From: Bdellovibrionales bacterium
GTDB lineage: Bacteria; Bdellovibrionota; Bdellovibrionia; Bdellovibrionales; UBA1609
DNA length: 64,000 bases
Direction of reading: 5' to 3'
Assembly: GCA_965199825.1 (NCBI GenBank)
Contig: OZ241329.1
Coordinates: 832,001 to 896,000, forward strand
This document shows, piece by piece, positions 39,360 through 47,463 of the stretch. The notes beneath the pieces were generated by a model that saw only the letters and a program-made list of their open reading frames with translations, made no database searches and had not been told where the DNA came from. Numbering within the stretch: position 1 is the first letter of the stretch; each line of letters opens with the position of its first letter. Position numbers and translations under genes: made by a program.

Positions 39360-40007
39360 ATGAAAAGTGAGCGCTTCGAACAACAAACCTATTACGACAT
39401 TTTAGAAGTGCCCAATACGGCAGCCCCTCAAGAAATTCACGCCGCCTATCAACGCGCAAAACAAACTTACTCAACCGAAAGCCCCGCCCTTTACACCATG
39501 TTCACACAAGAAGAAGCCAAGGCTTTGATTGTGCTGATCGAAGAGGCTTATCTCACGCTGAGCAATCAAGCGCGGCGAAAACTCTACGACCAAAAATTGG
39601 TGAATCGAAGCCAACAGGATCTCCCCGATTTCAAAGTGGCCGAAGTGATTGCACCTCAACGTCCAGTGGCAGCGGGAACCCCAAGCGGAATGGGCAAAAC
39701 AAAATTTGGTCTTTATCCATTACGACCTGAGATGGAAAAAGAAATCACAGAGTGCACAGAATTTGATGGTCCATTTATAAAAAAAGTGCGCTCTTACAAA
39801 AAAATAACTCTTGAGCAAATGTGCGATGAAACTCGCATCAACAAGCCTTATTTAGTGGCTCTCGAAAATAATGATTTCAAACAACTGCCTGCACCCGTTT
39901 TTGTTCGTGGTTTTGTAATACAGCTTGCAAGATTGATGGGCGTTAACGAAAAAAAAATGACCGACAGCTATATTCAAATGATGAAAAAGGCACTTAACAT
40001 CTCGTGA
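39360..40007 (+). CDS. J-domain-like plus RodZ-like HTH protein
   Basis: TYYDILEV..EIHAAY..EEAYLTLSN..RKLYD; C-terminal TRINKPYLVALENNDF..LPAPVFVRGF. Confidence 0.8.
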   Translation: MKSERFEQQTYYDILEVPNTAAPQEIHAAYQRAKQTYSTESPALYTMFTQEEAKALIVLIEEAYLTLSNQARRKLYDQKLVNRSQQDLPDFKVAEVIAPQRPVAAGTPSGMGKTKFGLYPLRPEMEKEITECTEFDGPFIKKVRSYKKITLEQMCDETRINKPYLVALENNDFKQLPAPVFVRGFVIQLARLMGVNEKKMTDSYIQMMKKALNIS

Positions 40008-40894
40008 AATTTGAAGTCCCAGCGGCTTGCGTGGGGCTCCGTTTAGACAAAGCCCTCTCTCATGATCAAACTATCTCAACCCGCTCACGTGCCGAAAAAT
40101 TAATTGCCCAAGGTCGTGTGACCTTGAATGGTTTGGTTTTAAGGTCATCTTACAAATGCCGCACTGGAGATGTTTACCACATCGATTGGCCGCTTCCGGT
40201 CTCAAGTGAACTCACCCCCTGGGATTTTAAACTCGATGTGGTCTTTGAAGACAATGAATTGTTGGTAATCGAAAAACCCTCGGGACTCGTAGTCCACCCC
40301 TCTCACGGCCATTCGGAACATACGCTGGTGCATGCTTTGCTGTTTCACACCAAAAATCTTTCGATGGGTTTTAACGAGCTTAGGCCCGGCATTGTTCATC
40401 GATTGGATAAAGACACTTCGGGCTTACTCGTCATCGCAAAAACCGATCATGCTCATAAGGCCTTGGCCGAACAGTTCAAGGCCCACACCGTAAAGCGGCG
40501 CTACTGGGCCATTGTTCACAGCACTCCTCGATTAGCGAGCGGAGTCATCACAACTTTTTTAAATCGCCACCCCTCCGATCGCAAAAAATATGCATCCAGT
40601 ACCAAGGGCAAAAAAGCGGTGACCCACTACCGCGTTTTGAAAACTCACGGTGCATTCTCACTATTGGAATGTCGGCTCGAAACAGGCCGCACTCATCAAA
40701 TTCGGGTTCATCTTTCTGAGATGGGGCATCCGCTAGTTGGCGATGTGATCTATGGACGAAAAGAAAAGTTTAAATCGCGATTGGGTCTTCACGCCTTCGA
40801 GCTGGGATTTGAGCATCCTTTGAGTGGTGAGGGGATGAATTTCAAATCGCAGTGGCCAAAGGATCTTGAGCAGTGGGAGCAATTTCATGTTTGA
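40004..40894 (+). CDS. rluD: RluA/RluD family 23S rRNA pseudouridine synthase
   Basis: S4 domain, KPSGLVVHP, HRLDKDTSGL, TGRTHQIRVH. Confidence 0.92.
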   Translation: MKFEVPAACVGLRLDKALSHDQTISTRSRAEKLIAQGRVTLNGLVLRSSYKCRTGDVYHIDWPLPVSSELTPWDFKLDVVFEDNELLVIEKPSGLVVHPSHGHSEHTLVHALLFHTKNLSMGFNELRPGIVHRLDKDTSGLLVIAKTDHAHKALAEQFKAHTVKRRYWAIVHSTPRLASGVITTFLNRHPSDRKKYASSTKGKKAVTHYRVLKTHGAFSLLECRLETGRTHQIRVHLSEMGHPLVGDVIYGRKEKFKSRLGLHAFELGFEHPLSGEGMNFKSQWPKDLEQWEQFHV

Positions 40895-41510
40895 GGTTTT
40901 TAAAAACTATCATTTATTGAGATTGGATTCGTGCCTCTATTTTTTTGGCAATCGCTTTTTTGATCGCGGAGATCTTGATCGCGAATTTCCTTTGTTGCGA
41001 TTTTCTTGGCTCAAACAAATTCATAGTGATCTTGCGGTTGAAGCTTCGGATGGCTTTGCGGCTGATGCTCACTATACTTTTGAGCCTCGGCTTGGACTTG
41101 TGATCCAAACTGCCGATTGTGTTCCGATTCTCCTTTATCGTGAAGGATGCGTGGCCAGTGTCCATGCGGGCTGGCGTGGGATTGCCTCAAATATTATTGC
41201 AAAAACAATTTTGCCGCTCGGACTTGGTGATTGGACTGCGGTGATTGGCCCACACATTCACAACTACGAAGTGGGCCAAGAAATTTTGCCGCAACTGGTG
41301 GGTGATTTGACGGCGGCAGTGTCTCCCCATCCTCATCCGGGCAAAGCTCTTGTGAATTTGTCGATGCTGGTGCGTCGCCAACTGGCGGCTTGTGGTGTGG
41401 AGCGAATTGAAGAACTGGACCTTGATACTTATTCTGGAGAAGACCAAGCTTCGTACCGCCGCACCGGGGGTCCGGTACGACAGTTGAGTTTTGTGGCGCG
41501 ACTCGATTAG
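40887..41510 (+). CDS. pgeF: PgeF/YfiH (polyphenol oxidase-like) family protein
   Basis: KQIHS, TADCVPIL, HAGWRG, SYRR; conserved position after rluD. Confidence 0.9.
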   Translation: MFEVFKNYHLLRLDSCLYFFGNRFFDRGDLDREFPLLRFSWLKQIHSDLAVEASDGFAADAHYTFEPRLGLVIQTADCVPILLYREGCVASVHAGWRGIASNIIAKTILPLGLGDWTAVIGPHIHNYEVGQEILPQLVGDLTAAVSPHPHPGKALVNLSMLVRRQLAACGVERIEELDLDTYSGEDQASYRRTGGPVRQLSFVARLD

Positions 41511-41512
41511 AA
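41413..41512 (+). repeat. pgeF 3' end, copy A of a direct repeat
   Basis: 41413-41430 matches 43016-43033 (17/18); 41479-41512 matches 43043-43076 (32/34). Confidence 0.85.
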
Positions 41513-41513
41513 G

Positions 41514-42953
41514 TTAGATTCGTGATCGAATTAAACGAAATCCAACCGTGGGATAATAATAATTTGGTGGTTTACTAGATATTGCAGCCGATCGTAAATC
41601 GAGTGCGGCATCTTGGTAGGAGCCCCCACGCGTCCCCGTGGTGTAAACGATATCTTTTTCTTTTTCAGGCGCAATGACTTTGGGACGCACGGTTTGGGTC
41701 CATTGAGCAACATTCCCATATATGTCGAACATACCAAAAGGATTATTGTCTTTTTTAGCAACAGGATGAGTGTGATTGTCTGAATTGGCATTGTACCAGG
41801 CGTATTGATCAAGCTTGCTTCGATCGTCTCCAAAGAAATATGCGGTTTGAGTTCCTCCACGTGCCGCAGATTCCCACTCTTCATCACTTGGTAATCGATA
41901 TTGATATTTTAGATCTTGAGAATTTAATTTCGTTATAAAATCTTGAACTTGATTCCAAGAAACTGTTTCTACAGGAAGACTTGGGCAGATGCCGACTCCA
42001 TCTCTCACCGCATAAGTTTCAGGGCAATTTTTAGGCTTTGAAAAATATGAGGGATTTGTTCCCATGATTGACCACCACTGATATTGGGTCACTGCAGTTG
42101 AACCCATTTCAAAGGCCTTTAATATTGTCACATCAAATTGATTTTCGTTATTCCTTCGACCAAGTTCGGTCTTTGGACTACCAACAGTAAAGCTGCCGGC
42201 AGGAATCAAAAATGTGCCCATTTCAAGGTTGTTCTGTGACAGATAGCTCCGAAGAATTTGATAAGCGATGGAGTCGGAGGCATCTGAAAACTTGTAATTT
42301 GTGATTTCCTCTTTGCCGATAACGTTATCAACAAGCTTGTCAATCGACTCATTCATTGACGAGATGAATTCCTCTCCAGGAGAGGCACGATCAATTTTTT
42401 CAACAAGTGTTTTGAATTCCTCCACATCCATATTTTGTGCTGCACAATCGTTTTTGACTGAAACTGTTCCACAATAAAAATTAATAAACCTTAAAATTTT
42501 ATCTTTTTCTTTTTGAAGCTGAACCAAATTAAATCGCTGATCCTGATTGTTGATCGCCTCCTTATACTTGTTCAATTTCGACCTCTCATACGCGCTAACT
42601 AAAGGAAAGTTTTGCATATAGAGAGAGTCTTTCAACCGCTTTTTGAATTGTTCTACCGGCACCTCAACTGCGTGTGTTCCATTAATTGGGGTGCAATCCT
42701 CTTGCATTTGCACCACCGAATAAGGCTCACATTGTTTGATAATAATATTATCGTTTAGCTTAAAAAAGAAAATCACATTACCTTTGGGTTCGATAAGTGC
42801 AATGGATGCTTTCTTGATATTGCGATCGGTTGCCCGCGGAAGCGCAAATGAAGAAAACGATGCAAGGTTGCGCTGTGCTCTTACATTATCTGCCACGCGA
42901 TGGGTTGAGGAACAGCCAACAAAAATTAAACAAAATATGACAAGTCTAAACAT
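41514..42953 (-). CDS. Lipoprotein with C-terminal formylglycine-generating-enzyme (SUMF1/FGE) family domain
   Basis: Lipobox FVGC; FTVGS, VTQYQW, PVETVSW, YRLPSDEEWESAARGG, NPFGMFDIYGNVAQW, RGGSY, GFRL. Confidence 0.88.
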   Translation of the reverse strand: MFRLVIFCLIFVGCSSTHRVADNVRAQRNLASFSSFALPRATDRNIKKASIALIEPKGNVIFFFKLNDNIIIKQCEPYSVVQMQEDCTPINGTHAVEVPVEQFKKRLKDSLYMQNFPLVSAYERSKLNKYKEAINNQDQRFNLVQLQKEKDKILRFINFYCGTVSVKNDCAAQNMDVEEFKTLVEKIDRASPGEEFISSMNESIDKLVDNVIGKEEITNYKFSDASDSIAYQILRSYLSQNNLEMGTFLIPAGSFTVGSPKTELGRRNNENQFDVTILKAFEMGSTAVTQYQWWSIMGTNPSYFSKPKNCPETYAVRDGVGICPSLPVETVSWNQVQDFITKLNSQDLKYQYRLPSDEEWESAARGGTQTAYFFGDDRSKLDQYAWYNANSDNHTHPVAKKDNNPFGMFDIYGNVAQWTQTVRPKVIAPEKEKDIVYTTGTRGGSYQDAALDLRSAAISSKPPNYYYPTVGFRLIRSRI

Positions 42954-43015
42954 ATTTATTTAGTTATCCTTTGAAGGGGTAAAGCCAGATTTCAAATCAC
43001 TCATCGTTCATTTGC

Positions 43016-43076
43016 AACTAGACCTTGATACTTTTTGGGGCAGACAGTTGAGTTTTAAGGCGCGACTCGATTAGAA
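43016..43076 (+). repeat. Duplicated, internally shortened pgeF 3' end (copy B)
   Basis: Matches copy A; the two matching blocks are 9 nt apart here versus 48 nt in pgeF. Confidence 0.85.
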
Positions 43077-43084
43077 TAAGCATC

Positions 43085-43510
43085 ATGCGACAACTCCAAT
43101 GGGCTTTGACTTCTTTGGCGATCCTTAGTTTGTGTATGGTGCTTCACCCAGGACTTCGCGGCTTTGCCCGCTCGAAGATCTTTCGCCCCCATCGCAAACT
43201 CCTCTCGATGGTGAGCGGCGATGTTTTTCATAATGGCTCAACAGCTTCTGTTTATAAAGTTCAAACCGAACAAGGTTTATTTATCGAAGTTTATGGGCAC
43301 GATCGCCTGCTCTCGCGTTTGCCACTGCCCCACGCCCGAAACGGATTCTACAATTTTGCAGGCAAAATTTCCGATCTTGCATTGCAAGACAACAATGGTG
43401 AATTGGAAATCGTTGCTCCTACTTATGATGAGCATCTTGTGCCCCGTCTTAATATCTTTCATTATAGCCCCCAACGCGCGCGGATTGAACCTGTGGAGAG
43501 CGGGCTTTAG
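43085..43510 (+). CDS. Hypothetical membrane-anchored protein
   Basis: 141 aa, N-terminal hydrophobic segment, EIVAPTYD..VPRLN. Confidence 0.65.
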   Translation: MRQLQWALTSLAILSLCMVLHPGLRGFARSKIFRPHRKLLSMVSGDVFHNGSTASVYKVQTEQGLFIEVYGHDRLLSRLPLPHARNGFYNFAGKISDLALQDNNGELEIVAPTYDEHLVPRLNIFHYSPQRARIEPVESGL

Positions 43511-43590
43511 CTCGTGGCGATCCAGTTGCAGGTCTAAATCCTAGCGCAGACAAAAACTGTCAAAGCAAGAATCAGACTTGTCTCTCTGAT

Positions 43591-44415
43591 TTATTCGATA
43601 CATCTGTGGTGGGCACGATGATGGCCAGCGCATAATATCGTAAGGTTGTCTTCCTCATGGGTGCCACCTTTTGATTGTGGAATAATGTGATGGATATCAA
43701 GGTGGCGACGTTGAGCACATCGTTCGCCTTTCTCATCGACATGACTGCATTGACTATTGAATTTGTGATGGACTTTTCGCTTAAGATTAATGGTTAACTT
43801 TATCGTGCCCGCAGATTTTTGGCGAATCGGTTTTTCTAATGGGTCAAGCTTTTGATGAAGCTCCTTAAGTGCCGCCAGATGAACATCAGCGATTGAAGCC
43901 GGGCGTTTCAATTTTTGACTTAAGAGATCTTGTGTTCGTTCAAGCATCGCAAATTCTTCCTGGGTCATTGAATATGAAATCACGACTCTCAACGTATCAC
44001 CCGCCTTTTGATATCGTGCCCGCTCAGGAATGACTTTTTCGGGTTGGACCTTTGCAATCTCTTTTTCGAGATGGCGTTTAGTCCCTTTGGCCACATTGAC
44101 CCAGTGATCGACATTTTCTTTGTTAACCACAGCGGTAATTCGATTCACTTTTGAAAGCGACAGCTCCTCCGATTCCATTTTTAATTTAAGCTCGGGGAGT
44201 TCAGTAAATTTTTTTGCAATTTTATTTACGATACTCGCCATCTCTTCCGACAGCTTCAGTTCCTTAGTTGAGTATTCAAACAATGATCGACAGCCGTACT
44301 GAGAAAAGGTTTTATTTTTCCAAACGAGTTCCAAAGCATTGAGCAATTCCATTTCGGTTTGACGATGAGCCGTGGCGGCGCTAACTGCATTGCGATGAAT
44401 TTTTAGATGATCCAT
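43591..44415 (-). CDS. HNH endonuclease, copy 2 (full length, 274 aa)
   Basis: CSH..RC..HLDIHHIIPQSKGG..NLTILCAGHH; AGGAGA RBS; long identical stretches with copy 1. Confidence 0.88.
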   Translation of the reverse strand: MDHLKIHRNAVSAATAHRQTEMELLNALELVWKNKTFSQYGCRSLFEYSTKELKLSEEMASIVNKIAKKFTELPELKLKMESEELSLSKVNRITAVVNKENVDHWVNVAKGTKRHLEKEIAKVQPEKVIPERARYQKAGDTLRVVISYSMTQEEFAMLERTQDLLSQKLKRPASIADVHLAALKELHQKLDPLEKPIRQKSAGTIKLTINLKRKVHHKFNSQCSHVDEKGERCAQRRHLDIHHIIPQSKGGTHEEDNLTILCAGHHRAHHRCIE

Positions 44416-44646
44416 AAATATCTCCTATTTAGGAGGAGTGTATCATGGCTTTTTAAAAACCAGATTTACATGATTGTTAGACGCAAACCTCATTGCCGAA
44501 GTTTGTTGGGTTTTTTGGCCTACAATTCATCTTCAATGATCAGCGCAAATAAAAAAGTATTTTGCTTCTTAAAATTCGAATGTAGGCCATCAAAGGCTGC
44601 AACAAAATGTGTCAATAAGAAATCAAAATAAAATACACGCAAACAG

Positions 44647-44783
44647 GCGGGCACGATACACCGTCAACCTGGTACTCAACTCAGAATTAAAAAAAAAGCA
44701 TCTCGACAGTGCATTCGAAACACTTGAAGAAATTTACGGCACGATAAACCCATTAAGCTCCAAAGCTCCCTACGCGGGCACGA
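44647..44783 (+). repeat. Three GGCACGA boxes upstream of HNH copy 2
   Basis: GCGGGCACGATA 44647, GGCACGATAAA 44738, GCGGGCACGA 44774. Confidence 0.8.
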
Positions 44784-44944
44784 CTAACCAGCCACCGATG
44801 ACAATTTTTGTTAACCCGGTGGCAGCTACAACTTAAACCCAACTACCTTCGTCCACATCCAGCCAAAGTGACAAAAATAGGCCTCAGCATTCTTTTTTTT
44901 TCAACCCACTTGTGAAGTCTCTTAACCGAAAGTAGAATCCCGAT

Positions 44945-45607
44945 ATGAAATCAATATCTTTAGCTCTTGCCACAATCGTTCTTTCAGCCTGCAGCGGTGG
45001 CGGTAACGCCCTTTATGTTGCGGGTACTCAGTGTGCTCTTAACGAAAAAAGTTTTTATGATCCGCTTCCGGTGGATGTTAAAGATGCGAAGGTGATGAGT
45101 GTTTCGTCTTCTGGCTTGACCGAACTCGAGCCTGGTACCTACAGCTATGTCGGCGCCGAAGCGGTCTTTTCTCAAAAGCTTGAGGCTGATCCACGTGATC
45201 CAAACAAAAATCCAAAAGATTTAATTGTTCATGTTCGTGAAAGTAAACCACTTGGGGCGACCGAAGGATTTCAAGACCGTGTGTGTGTGCGCAACATCAC
45301 TTACGCTCCTCGTAATATCACTAGCAAAATTCGGGTGATCAGCGACATTCTGGTGTCGGATCGTAAAGAAGTGACCTTTAAAACCAAAGAACTCGGTTTT
45401 GAGATTACTCCTGAAAAATTGAATCCTGTGTTTGGTGAAACTCTGAATAAAGATTTTGTGAAGAGTTCCCGCGCTATGGATTCGCGAATCACTGAATACA
45501 ATATCTACCAATTGGATCCGACCGATAAAAATAAATTTGAAATTCGTGGACGCAAGTTCGAAGCGGGTCGACGGGTTGAGTTTTCGGTTCAACTGTTAAA
45601 GCACTAA
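44945..45607 (+). CDS. Hypothetical lipoprotein
   Basis: Lipobox LSAC. Confidence 0.7.
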   Translation: MKSISLALATIVLSACSGGGNALYVAGTQCALNEKSFYDPLPVDVKDAKVMSVSSSGLTELEPGTYSYVGAEAVFSQKLEADPRDPNKNPKDLIVHVRESKPLGATEGFQDRVCVRNITYAPRNITSKIRVISDILVSDRKEVTFKTKELGFEITPEKLNPVFGETLNKDFVKSSRAMDSRITEYNIYQLDPTDKNKFEIRGRKFEAGRRVEFSVQLLKH

Positions 45608-46410
45608 ATCTCAAAATGAATGATCAGCGGGCTAATATAATATTGACCAAAGCGATCATAGTCTAAATAGATCGACGAATAATTTACGGTTGCTTGATAC
45701 CAATGATAACGAATGCTTAAGCCACTTCCCCAGCGGAAGGGCTTAAGATGTTCATAGACGTCGCTTGCGAAATTGTATCCGCCGTAAACATCTGCCGCAA
45801 AAATTCCCGAAACAAAACTAAAGCGCGTGATAAATGACGACATCACCGCACTGCGAACCACATAATTCATCCACAACAGTTGTGGATCTAGAATCACACC
45901 CGCTCCCAATGTAATGGTAGGCGAATTCAGATGCAGCAAGGCTCCAAAGCGTGTGAGCTCATTGGGTGAGCCGACAAGATTGTGAATCTCATCGTGCACC
46001 GCTGCCCCGCCGTAGTTGCCAAAACTTTCGAGACCTCCGCCAAGTTCAAATTTTAAGGATTCGATTTGATATGAAAAGTCGATTCGGCCTTCGAGCTCAT
46101 CGGCATATAAACCCTGAATCGGAAAAATTTCTTGATTGCGAAAATGGGTTTTGATCACGGGCGTAAACAATCTGCGATTGAGACTAAGAACTTTGGTCCA
46201 CGATGATGTTTTGGGAAAAAAATAACTGATGCTCGTGCTGCCGGTCATCAGCTTGTCGGTGCTTCCTAAGTAATCATCATTTAAGACGCCAATCGAAATG
46301 CCTTCCGAGTTTAAATAAAAATTGCCGGGATCGCCAACCGCGGTGCTTGGCGTGTTGGAATAATCAAAAGGCAATGCCTGACAGAGCGCCAAAAATAAAA
46401 AAATGATCAA
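45604..46410 (-). CDS. Outer-membrane protein, possibly LpxR/DUF2219 lipid A deacylase family
   Basis: NDDYL..DKLMTG, LFTP, YAD, H..IH motifs resembling LpxR; amphipathic strands. Confidence 0.5.
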   Translation of the reverse strand: MIIFLFLALCQALPFDYSNTPSTAVGDPGNFYLNSEGISIGVLNDDYLGSTDKLMTGSTSISYFFPKTSSWTKVLSLNRRLFTPVIKTHFRNQEIFPIQGLYADELEGRIDFSYQIESLKFELGGGLESFGNYGGAAVHDEIHNLVGSPNELTRFGALLHLNSPTITLGAGVILDPQLLWMNYVVRSAVMSSFITRFSFVSGIFAADVYGGYNFASDVYEHLKPFRWGSGLSIRYHWYQATVNYSSIYLDYDRFGQYYISPLIIHFEI

Positions 46411-46425
46411 TCTAAACTCTTTCGG

Positions 46426-47463
46426 TTATTGGGTGGTGCGTTTGTTGAGATCACGCCAAGATTTGCCCACCCGAGCAGCAGGATCAATCTGAAATTTTCG
46501 AACCGCAGAGGAATGATCGGCATAGGTTTTTGAAAAAACATGGGTGCCATCATTGCGGCTTACAAAATATAAAAAGTCCGAAGTGGCGGGGTGCAAAACC
46601 GCATTAAGGGCTTGGCGGCCTGGATTCGAGATCGGTCCAATCGGTAACGCCTTTACCGTGTAGGTGTTAAAGGGTGTGGGCCTTAAAATATCGGCGTGAT
46701 GAATATTTTCGACCGGCTTTCCTGATTCTTCCATCATACCGTAAATAATGGTGGGGTCGCTTTGCAATTTCATACCTAAACGAAGTCTATTTATAAATAT
46801 TGAGGCGATCAAAGGCCGTTCTTCGGGTGCTCCGGTTTCTTTTTCGACAACACTTGCAAGGGTCACCAACTGTGCTCGGGTCCATGGAATCTTTTGATTC
46901 GCAGTCAGCTCAGAGTAAACGCGCATAAAGTTTTTAACCATCAATGTGATCAACTCAGGAGCGGTTGCAAACTTTGTGATCATATAGGTTTCGGGATAAA
47001 GATATCCTTCGAGGCTTTGGGCTGATTCACCAAGCAAACTTTTGATCAGTTGCGGGTCTTTGCTGGCATTTAAAAATTGGGCTCGGGTTCCATAATTTTG
47101 GGCTTCAAATTCGGCTGCGATATCATATTTGTTGTAACCCTCGGGTACGATAAAAGGCCGAGTAATACTTTTGCCGCTTGAAAGGACCGACAAGATTTCG
47201 AGGGGTCGCATGTTTTGGGCAATGCCATATTCCCCGCGCTTGATTTTAACACCGGTCAAACGGGCTAAAAAATAAAACTGGGTGGAATTTGAAATCAGAT
47301 TTTTTTTGAATAGGGCTTCGGCCACACCTCTTGTGGACGTATGAAGCGGAACTTCGAAGCTGACCGATTGCGAGTCCGACCCCGCGCTTGAAAATATAAA
47401 TTTAAAAGCTAATCCCGAGAAACACAAAATCAAAAAGGTAAATATCAAAAGGATATATTTCAT
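46426..47463 (-). CDS. mltG: Endolytic murein transglycosylase MltG
   Basis: LEGYLYPETY, LASVVEKET, LQSDPT, LPIGPISNPG, LYFVS. Confidence 0.95.
   Translation of the reverse strand: MKYILLIFTFLILCFSGLAFKFIFSSAGSDSQSVSFEVPLHTSTRGVAEALFKKNLISNSTQFYFLARLTGVKIKRGEYGIAQNMRPLEILSVLSSGKSITRPFIVPEGYNKYDIAAEFEAQNYGTRAQFLNASKDPQLIKSLLGESAQSLEGYLYPETYMITKFATAPELITLMVKNFMRVYSELTANQKIPWTRAQLVTLASVVEKETGAPEERPLIASIFINRLRLGMKLQSDPTIIYGMMEESGKPVENIHHADILRPTPFNTYTVKALPIGPISNPGRQALNAVLHPATSDFLYFVSRNDGTHVFSKTYADHSSAVRKFQIDPAARVGKSWRDLNKRTTQ

Noticed and set aside
44407..44836. 74 and 75 aa plus-strand ORFs upstream of HNH copy 2
   Set aside because: No equivalent ORFs in the homologous region of copy 1 and no recognisable motifs.
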